DNA of 32,000 nt, taken from contig NC_013967.1 in assembly GCF_000025685.1 (NCBI RefSeq), positions 360,001-392,000 on the forward strand, given 5' to 3'. The notes under the pieces were generated by a model that saw only the letters and a program-made list of their open reading frames with translations, had not been told where the DNA came from and did no database searches. Made by a program: the position numbers and the translations under genes. The first letter of the stretch is position 1, and each line of letters opens with the position of its first letter. This stretch comes from Haloferax volcanii DS2 (lineage in GTDB: Archaea > Halobacteriota > Halobacteria > Halobacteriales > Haloferacaceae). This document shows positions 26,130-32,000 of this stretch, piece after piece.

Positions 26130-26168
26130 GCGAGGGATTAAGCGGGGACGCTTCATAAATATCCCGAC

Positions 26169-26621
26169 GTGAAAAAATCGCTGCGCGACGCGCTCGTCGG
26201 ACAGTTGTCGGGGTACGACCGCGCGGTCGAAGTCGGGGTCGGCCGGGAGCCGTCGGTGGCGGCCGCCCTCGCCGCCCGCGGGGTCGACGTGGTCGCCGTC
26301 GACGTCCACGACTTCCCCGTCCCCGACGGCGTCTCGTTCGTCCGCGACGACGTGTTCGCCCGCGCCGACGCCGCCGACCTCGGCCCCTACGCCGCCGCCG
26401 AGGTCGTCTACGCGCTGAACGTCCCCGTCGAACTCCACCGCCCCGCCGCGGAGGTCGCCCGCCGCGCCGACGCCGACTTCCTGTTTACCACGCTCGGCTA
26501 CGACGAGCCGTCGGTTCCGGTCTCCCGCGAGTCGCTTCCGGGCGAGACCCTGTACGTCGCCGAGCGCGGGCGACGGGACCAGCGCGCCCGGCGGGACTCT
26601 CCCGGTCGGTCCCAAGAGTAA
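26169..26621 (+). CDS. UPF0146-family (methyltransferase-fold-like) protein, 150 aa
   Basis: GTG start. [29 protein letters not shown] (Rossmann-like GxG) and [12 protein letters not shown] resemble archaeal UPF0146. Confidence 0.6.
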   Translation: MKKSLRDALVGQLSGYDRAVEVGVGREPSVAAALAARGVDVVAVDVHDFPVPDGVSFVRDDVFARADAADLGPYAAAEVVYALNVPVELHRPAAEVARRADADFLFTTLGYDEPSVPVSRESLPGETLYVAERGRRDQRARRDSPGRSQE

Positions 26622-26652
26622 GGCACTTGCCCGCTCGTCGCGGGCTTCCGGT

Positions 26653-27507
26653 ATGCACGCGGACGCTGTCGTCCTCGATATCGACGGAGTGCTCGTCGAC
26701 GTCGCCGACTCCTACCGGCGCGCCATCGTCGAATCCGTGGACCGACACTACGGCACGACCATCTCCCGCGACGAGGTCCAACTGTTCAAGGACGCCGGCG
26801 GCTTCAACAACGACTGGGAACTCACCTACGCGGCGGCGCTGTCCGTCCTCGCCGCCCGCGAGGCCGACCTGTCGGTCGCCGCGTTCACCGGCGAAATCGA
26901 GGCCCGCGGCGGCGGCCTCGACGCCGCCAAGGCGACCGTCGAGGCCCTGCTCTCGGAGCCGAGCGTCGTCTTCGACGAGTGGGACCCGGAGGCGCTCCGC
27001 GAGACGTTTCAGGCGCTCTACCTCGGGAGCGACCTGTACCGCGACCTCGAAGACGGCGACCCGCCGTTCGAGGCTCCCGGCTACATCCACGACGAACCGG
27101 TGCTCCTCCGCCCGGAGACGCTCGACGCCCTCGGCGACCGCGAACTCGGCGTCGTCACGGGTCGTCCCGCCGCCGAGGCCGACATCGCGCTCGACCGCGT
27201 CGCCCTCGACGTGGCCGACGACCACCGGTTCACGATGGACGACTGGGAGGAGGGCAAGCCCCACCCGGCCGCGCTCGTGACGGTCGCGGAGCGCCTCGGA
27301 GCCGACTCGGTCGTCTTCGTCGGCGACACCCTCGACGACGTGAAGACGGCGCTGAACGCCGACGCCGCCGACCCCGAGCGCGTCTACTACGGCGTGGGCG
27401 TCCTCTCGGGCGGCCTGACCGGCGACGACGGCCGACAGAAGTTCTCCGAAATCGGTGCGGCCGCCGTCGTCGAGGACGTGAACGAGGTTCCGGACCTGCT
27501 CGACTGA
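26653..27507 (+). CDS. HAD-superfamily hydrolase (subfamily IA-like), 284 aa
   Basis: [11 protein letters not shown] (DxDG motif I), VVTGRP (motif II), and [11 protein letters not shown] (motif IV). Confidence 0.8.
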   Translation: MHADAVVLDIDGVLVDVADSYRRAIVESVDRHYGTTISRDEVQLFKDAGGFNNDWELTYAAALSVLAAREADLSVAAFTGEIEARGGGLDAAKATVEALLSEPSVVFDEWDPEALRETFQALYLGSDLYRDLEDGDPPFEAPGYIHDEPVLLRPETLDALGDRELGVVTGRPAAEADIALDRVALDVADDHRFTMDDWEEGKPHPAALVTVAERLGADSVVFVGDTLDDVKTALNADAADPERVYYGVGVLSGGLTGDDGRQKFSEIGAAAVVEDVNEVPDLLD

Positions 27508-27556
27508 TGGCTCAGACGCCGACTCAGACTCCCGTTTCGCCGCCGGAGGGTCGCTG

Positions 27557-27772
27557 ATGGGACACCTCCGCGCCTTCGTCGTCACGCTGCTCGCGCTCGA
27601 CGCGCTCGTGGTCGTCGTCGGGACGTACCTCCTCCCGCCGGACCCGTTCGCGCAGTTGGTCCTCGTCGGGCCGCTCCTGCTTTTGGCCCCGGTGGTCGCG
27701 TGGTGGCTCGTCTACCGCGACGGCTTCGAGCGGGTGCAGGCGCTCGTCGAGTCCGACGGCGGGGGTCGATAG
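27557..27772 (+). CDS. small two-TM membrane protein, 71 aa
   Basis: Hydrophobic helices FVVTLLALDALVVVVGTYLL and LVLVGPLLLLAPVVAWWLV. The ATG overlaps an upstream TGA (TGATG). Confidence 0.5.
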   Translation: MGHLRAFVVTLLALDALVVVVGTYLLPPDPFAQLVLVGPLLLLAPVVAWWLVYRDGFERVQALVESDGGGR

Positions 27773-27863
27773 CGCCGTCCACCCGCCGCCGCCCGCCCGC
27801 GAACACAGGCAGAACCCACCGGTCGCACAACCCTTTAGGTCGGCTCGGTCCGGAGGTGTGTGT

Positions 27864-28532
27864 ATGCGAATCGCACTCCTCGGTGGGACCGGCGACATCG
27901 GCGAGGGCCTCGCCCTCCGCTGGGCCTACCACACCGACCACGAGGTCATCGTCGGGTCGCGCGACCCCGACAAGGCCCGCGCGAAGGCCGACGAGTACGA
28001 GACCGAACTCTCCAGCCGCGGCCGCGACGTGAAGGTAAACGGCTTCACGAACGAGATGGCCGCCGACCGCGCCTCCGTGGTCGTCCTCGCCGTGCCGCCG
28101 TACCACGTCTCCGACACCGTCGAGGCCGTTTCCGACTCGCTGTCCGAGGGCGACGTGCTCGTCACGCCCGCGGCGGGCATGAAGCGCGACGACGACGGCT
28201 TCCACTACCACCCGCCGAAGGCGGGGAGCGTGACGGCGCTCGTCGCCGACGCGGCCCCCGACGACGTGCCGGTCGTCGGCGCGTTCCACAACCTCGCGGC
28301 CGGCCGACTGGCCGACCTCGACGCCGACCTCGGCATCGACACGCTGCTCGTCGCCGACGACGAGGACGCCAAAGAGACGGTGCGCCTGCTCGCCGAGGGC
28401 ATCGACGGCCTCCGCGCGCTCGACGGCGGCGGCCTCGCCAACGCCCCCGAAATCGAGGGTATCACCCCGCTTCTCATCAACGTCGCGCGGAACAACGACG
28501 GCCTACACGACCTCGGCATCCGGTTCAAGTAG
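27864..28532 (+). CDS. npdG: NADPH-dependent F420 reductase, 222 aa
   Basis: MRIALLGGTGDIGEGLALRWA...HEVIVGSRDPDKA Rossmann N-terminus typical of NpdG. TATA-like 'cctttagg' lies about 30 nt upstream of ATG 27864. Confidence 0.8.
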   Translation: MRIALLGGTGDIGEGLALRWAYHTDHEVIVGSRDPDKARAKADEYETELSSRGRDVKVNGFTNEMAADRASVVVLAVPPYHVSDTVEAVSDSLSEGDVLVTPAAGMKRDDDGFHYHPPKAGSVTALVADAAPDDVPVVGAFHNLAAGRLADLDADLGIDTLLVADDEDAKETVRLLAEGIDGLRALDGGGLANAPEIEGITPLLINVARNNDGLHDLGIRFK

Positions 28533-28562
28533 CGCCGTCCGACCCGCGCCCGAAGCCATTTT

Positions 28563-29816
28563 TCACGACAGTTCCGACCCCGGCACCGTCGCGGCCTCCC
28601 CGTAGAGCGTCCGCGCCACGAGCAGTCCGACGACGACGACGAGCGCGACGCAGGCGAGGTACTCGACGCGGAAGCCGACCACCTCGGCCAGCGGGACGGC
28701 CACGAGCGGGCCGAGCGTCGACCCCGAATCGCCGAAGACGTTGTAGACGCCGCCGAGTTTGCCCACGTCGTCGGCCGGGCTGAGGTCTCCGAGATAGGCC
28801 AAAAGCGGCGGGTTCGACCCGCCGACGCCGACGCCGATGAGCGCCACGCCCGCGAGCGTCGAGGGGAGCGTCGGTACGAGCGCCAGCAGGGTGAACCCGG
28901 CCGCGAGGACGCCCAGCGCGGGGAGCGTCAGCGCCGCGCGGTTCGACAGACGGTCGGAGTACCGGCCGACGACGAGCGTCGTGACGCTCGACGCGACGAC
29001 GCCGACGGCCATCACGACGCCGCTGACGCCGGCCCCCGACAGCCCGCCGAGCGAGATGTCGTTCGCCGTCGCGTACAGCACGGCCGTCGAGAGGAGGACG
29101 CCGGAAAACAGAAAGCGGACGGCGAAGTTGACGGTGCCGACGGTGAAGATGCGGATGTCGGCGCTGACAAGCCGCGGCACCTCGCGGAGCGAACTCGCCG
29201 CCGTCACGTCGGTTTTCACGTCCGGGAGGACGGAGATGGCGACGAGGGCGGCGAACAGCCCCGCGTACCCCGCGACGGCGAACGCGGTGGCGTAGCCGAA
29301 CGCGTCGGTGACGAGGCCGCCGACGACGAGGCCCGCGGGGAAGCCGAGGCTCTGCCCGCCGCGCATGTAGCCGACCCACTTCCCGCGGTTTCCGTCCGAG
29401 GTGACGTGGGTGATGGTGCTGAACGCGCCGACGAAGACGAACGCCGAGCCGACGCCCCAGCAGGCCCGCGACAGGAGGAAGACGGTCGCGCTGTCGAGCG
29501 GAATCGGCCCGGGGTTCAGCCCGAGGACGTAGCCGAACGGCGACAGCCCCTGCACGACGAAGCCGGCTATCATCGGCCGGCGCGTCCCCATCCGGTCGAG
29601 TATCTGCCCGGCGGGCGTGTTCACGACCAGCCGGGTGAACCGGTTGGCCGAGAGGATGAGACCGACCACGAACGGCGTGATGCCGATGATGGGGCCGAGC
29701 GTCGGGAGCGTCGGGAAGGCGACGCCCGCGCCGACGCCGCCGAAGAAGACGCCCGCGATGAGGCTGCCCGCGACGAACTCGACCGACGGCTCGTCGCCGC
29801 CGAACAGCCGACTCAC
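28563..29816 (-). CDS. MFS transporter, 417 aa (GTG start, uncertain)
   Basis: About 12 hydrophobic helices. MFS loop motif DRMGTRRPMIAG between TM2 and TM3, and a second-half RYSDRLSNRAA. Confidence 0.8.
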   Translation of the reverse strand: MSRLFGGDEPSVEFVAGSLIAGVFFGGVGAGVAFPTLPTLGPIIGITPFVVGLILSANRFTRLVVNTPAGQILDRMGTRRPMIAGFVVQGLSPFGYVLGLNPGPIPLDSATVFLLSRACWGVGSAFVFVGAFSTITHVTSDGNRGKWVGYMRGGQSLGFPAGLVVGGLVTDAFGYATAFAVAGYAGLFAALVAISVLPDVKTDVTAASSLREVPRLVSADIRIFTVGTVNFAVRFLFSGVLLSTAVLYATANDISLGGLSGAGVSGVVMAVGVVASSVTTLVVGRYSDRLSNRAALTLPALGVLAAGFTLLALVPTLPSTLAGVALIGVGVGGSNPPLLAYLGDLSPADDVGKLGGVYNVFGDSGSTLGPLVAVPLAEVVGFRVEYLACVALVVVVGLLVARTLYGEAATVPGSELS

Positions 29817-30010
29817 GCCGCCGACCCTCGGGTGGCGGGCGCGGCGCGGTGGGGCGTGGGGTGCGCGGGAGCGGACTGGGAGTCGCGGGTTCGAGGGGCG
29901 TGCATCGAGAGGGTGCGCTATCGTAAACGCACGCTCTTGGTGCTTTGCAATCGGGCCGTCTCGTCCGGGAACTGCGGGCGTCGGCGCGGCGAGCGACTAC
30001 CGGCGTCGTC

Positions 30011-30038
30011 GTCGCGGTCGCGGTCGCGGTCGCGGTCG
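30011..30038. repeat. hexanucleotide tandem repeat (GTCGCG) x4.7 in intergenic DNA
   Basis: gtcgcg gtcgcg gtcgcg gtcgcg gtcg, read directly. It is preceded by gtcgtc. It sits 13 nt downstream of the hisE stop. Confidence 0.8.
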
Positions 30039-30050
30039 TGGGACCCCGTC

Positions 30051-30353
30051 TCAGAAGCGGGCTTTCAGTTCGTCGCGCAGGTCGTCGAGCGAGGCGTCTT
30101 TCATCGACAGCAGGACGAGCAGGTGGTAGACGAGGTCGGCGCTCTCGTAGAGCAGTTCCTCGCCGTCGTCGTCCTTGGCCGCGAGGATGGTCTCCGTCGT
30201 CTCCTCGCCGAGCTTTTCGAGGACGTAGTTCTCGCCTTTCTCGTGGGTGAAAAGCGTCGTCGTGTAGGAGTCTTCGGGGAGGTCGGCTTTGCGCGACTCG
30301 ATGGTCGCAAAGAGTTCGTCCAAGACCTCGTCGGTCGGGGTGTCGGCGTCCAT
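30051..30353 (-). CDS. hisE: phosphoribosyl-ATP pyrophosphatase
   Basis: LFATIESRKADLPEDSYTTTLF...KLGEETTETILAAKD...ESADLVYHLLVLL is the HisE/MazG-like pattern. Confidence 0.9.
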   Translation of the reverse strand: MDADTPTDEVLDELFATIESRKADLPEDSYTTTLFTHEKGENYVLEKLGEETTETILAAKDDDGEELLYESADLVYHLLVLLSMKDASLDDLRDELKARF

Positions 30354-30431
30354 GGTCGCACGACGGGCGGGCGCGGAAAAAGACCCTCTGGTTCCGGCGA
30401 GCGGCCGTCACTCAGCCAGTTAGCCGGCCGC

Positions 30432-31040
30432 TCAGGCGTCGATTTCGACCGCCAGTTCGTCGAAGAACGCGAGGTCGTGGAGGCGGCTGTCGGGCGTCAA
30501 CTCGGGGTGGAACGACGTGCCGACGACGGGGCCGTCGCGGACGGCGACGGGGTTGCCGTCCCACTCGGCGAGCACCTCGACGCCCTCACCGACCTCGTCG
30601 ATGAGGGGCGCGCGGATGAACACCGCGGGGAACGGCGAGTCGAGGCCGGCCACGTCCAGCGGGGCCTCGAAGCTGTCGACCTGCCGGCCGAAGGCGTTGC
30701 GGTCGACCGTCGCGTCGAGGAGGTCGAGCGTCGTCACGCGGTCGTCCTTGGCGTCGCGGGAGGCGACGATGAGGCCGGCACAAGTGGCGAGGACGGGCTT
30801 TTCAGCCTCGACGTGGGCGCGAATCTCGTCGGCGATGCCCTCGCGTTCGAGGAGTCTGGAGATGGTTGTCGACTCCCCGCCCGGCATGAGTAACACGTCG
30901 CAGTCGGGGACGAGGCCGTCGCTTCGAATCTCGACGATTTCGGCGTCGACGCCGTGGGCCTCGGCGGCCCGCTCGACGGCGTCGGCGTGTTCGGACACGT
31001 CGCCTTGCACGGCGACGACACCGGCGCGTAGCGTGGTCAT
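30432..31040 (-). CDS. pdxT: pyridoxal 5'-phosphate synthase glutaminase subunit
   Basis: GVVAVQGDVSEH, LLMPGGESTTI, ATCAGLI (catalytic Cys) and TSFHPELT. The ATG at 31040 is preferred over the TTG at 31067. Confidence 0.9.
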   Translation of the reverse strand: MTTLRAGVVAVQGDVSEHADAVERAAEAHGVDAEIVEIRSDGLVPDCDVLLMPGGESTTISRLLEREGIADEIRAHVEAEKPVLATCAGLIVASRDAKDDRVTTLDLLDATVDRNAFGRQVDSFEAPLDVAGLDSPFPAVFIRAPLIDEVGEGVEVLAEWDGNPVAVRDGPVVGTSFHPELTPDSRLHDLAFFDELAVEIDA

Positions 31041-31095
31041 AGACGGGTCTCGGGAAGCCGTGGACAAAAAGCGTCCGTTCAGCGGTCGGCGCGGT

Positions 31096-31260
31096 TCAGA
31101 ACGCGAGCGAGTTCAGTACCAGCACGCCGATGCCGAACAGCGCCCCCGCGGCGAAGATGGTCTTGGGGTTGACTCGAATCGCGTTGCGGTCCTCCGCGTC
31201 GAAGTAGCGGACGAGGCCCGCACTCGACATCAGACCGCCGCTGTTCTGGCCCTTGCTCAT
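31096..31260 (-). CDS. secG: preprotein translocase subunit Sec61beta (archaeal SecG), 54 aa
   Basis: [58 protein letters not shown]-like 'cgtttagg' lies about 30 nt upstream. The track ORF extension to 31482 was rejected. Confidence 0.85.
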   Translation of the reverse strand: MSKGQNSGGLMSSAGLVRYFDAEDRNAIRVNPKTIFAAGALFGIGVLVLNSLAF

Positions 31261-31498
31261 GTTCCACCGTCCGTGCGTCCGCCGCCTAAACGTTTCGGCT
31301 CGCTCCGGTCCCGGGGGTCGCCCGGCCGGAACGCCTCCCGACTTGCCGGCGAATCCGCTCGGATTGCGAGTCGGCTGACGGCCCCCTCGACGCTCAGAAG
31401 GCTGGAATTCGACTGAACTGGACGGGCGCACAACCGGAGAGCCGCGGGCCCATGAGTAATCCTTATGCGCCGGGGCGGGCAAGTTGCGCCGGGATACG

Positions 31499-31768
31499 AT
31501 GACTGTTCGACTCTTGGACTTCTACGCGGACTGGTGCGGCCCTTGTAAGACGCAGGACCCGATTCTCGACGAGCTCGAAGGCGACTACGAGACCGTCGAG
31601 TTCGTCAAGGTCGACGTCGACGAGGAGCAGGACGTGGCCAACCAGTATCAGGTTCGCTCGCTTCCGACGCTCATCGTCGAGAACGACGACGACGGCATCG
31701 TCGACCGCTTCGTGGGCGTCACCCAGCGCGACGACATCGAGTCGGCGCTGAGCCAGGCCGGCGCGTAA
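31499..31768 (+). CDS. trxA: thioredoxin, 89 aa
   Basis: [13 protein letters not shown] active site, and VRSLPTLIV. Confidence 0.9.
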   Translation: MTVRLLDFYADWCGPCKTQDPILDELEGDYETVEFVKVDVDEEQDVANQYQVRSLPTLIVENDDDGIVDRFVGVTQRDDIESALSQAGA

Positions 31769-31774
31769 GCGCGC

Positions 31775-31792
31775 CGCGGACCGCCGCGTTTT
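31775..31792 (+). terminator. short GC hairpin plus T4 after the thioredoxin gene
   Basis: cgcgg (31775-79) pairs with ccgcg (31784-88) across a 4-nt loop, followed by tttt (31789-92). Confidence 0.4.
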
Positions 31793-31852
31793 CCGACCCA
31801 TCCGGACGAACGCCGAGCGCGCCGCGAGCGCCGGCGGTGTGTCTCGCAAGCG

Positions 31853-31858
31853 TTATAC
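31853..31858 (+). promoter_or_regulatory. TATA box of the L40e gene
   Basis: ttatac lies 24-29 nt upstream of ATG 31882. Confidence 0.45.
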
Positions 31859-31881
31859 GACCGGCGGCGGGACTCGTATGC

Positions 31882-32000
31882 ATGGCTAGTGACGCTGCGA
31901 CGAAGCGGACGCTCGAGAAGCAGATTTGCATGCGGTGCAACGCGCGCAACCCCCAGAAGGCAAAGCAGTGCCGCAAGTGCGGTTACAAGCACCTTCGACC
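31882..32000 (+). CDS. rpl40e: 50S ribosomal protein L40e, 3'-partial at the window edge
   Basis: My translation is [39 protein letters not shown]..., with the CxxC...CxxC zinc ribbon typical of L40e. Confidence 0.85.
   Translation, partial: MASDAATKRTLEKQICMRCNARNPQKAKQCRKCGYKHLR

Noticed and set aside
29813-29905. 30-codon upstream ORF (MHAPRTRDSQSAPAHPTPHRAAPATRGSAA) whose TGA overlaps the MFS GTG start
   Set aside because: It has a Pro/Ala/Arg-rich composition typical of random GC-rich frames. Its ATG sits too close to the only TATA-like element. There is no supporting signal.
31261-31498. Unusually long (238 nt) GC-rich divergent spacer between Sec61beta and thioredoxin; considered an ncRNA (SRP RNA, C/D-box or H/ACA sRNA)
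   Set aside because: It is too short for SRP or RNase P RNA. There is no C box (TGATGA) on either strand, and only 5-bp hairpins such as aatcc/ggatt at about 31352-31365. I cannot support an RNA gene from sequence alone. TATA-like boxes for both flanking genes account for the ends.

Overview
High-GC (about 65-70% by spot counts) haloarchaeal chromosomal segment. Supporting signs are acidic proteins, a PGF-CTERM sorting signal, and TATA-like boxes about 25-30 nt upstream of start codons, as expected for leaderless mRNAs. From memory, a UvrD-type helicase next to an HVO_0416-type zinc-ribbon microprotein resembles Haloferax-like synteny. The window holds about 33 tightly packed, mostly housekeeping CDSs: LVIVD/PGF-CTERM surface protein, NifU-like, FAU-1, PrsW, riboflavin synthase, UvrD-like helicase, M32 and M20 peptidases, an Htr/MCP transducer, PIN-KH ATPase, ABCE1, VOC, PEBP, RtcA, Usp, archaemetzincin, UPF0146, HAD, NpdG, MFS, HisE, PdxT, Sec61beta, thioredoxin and L40e. 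I saw no rRNA, tRNA or CRISPR array. The standout is a roughly 1.7 kb low-GC islet (about 13063-14785) between two core peptidase genes. It carries one solo 498-aa ORF that reads as two LAGLIDADG-like modules, both apparently lacking the catalytic acid, fused to a canonical CCCH-zinc HNH nuclease. I cannot place this architecture in a described family. It could be a free-standing homing or selfish element, or a single-gene nuclease defence. Secondary observations: two back-to-back disrupted membrane genes (a DUF502 with an internal deletion and a frameshifted DASS/TrkA-C transporter); a surface-protein ORF with no stop codon before the NifU-like gene; a helicase coupled to an M24-fold protein that seems to have lost its metal ligands; a sub-threshold zinc-ribbon gene; a TGATG-chained mini-ORF; and some small repeats and palindromes. 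All calls come from reading the sequence and ORF translations by eye. No database search was run.
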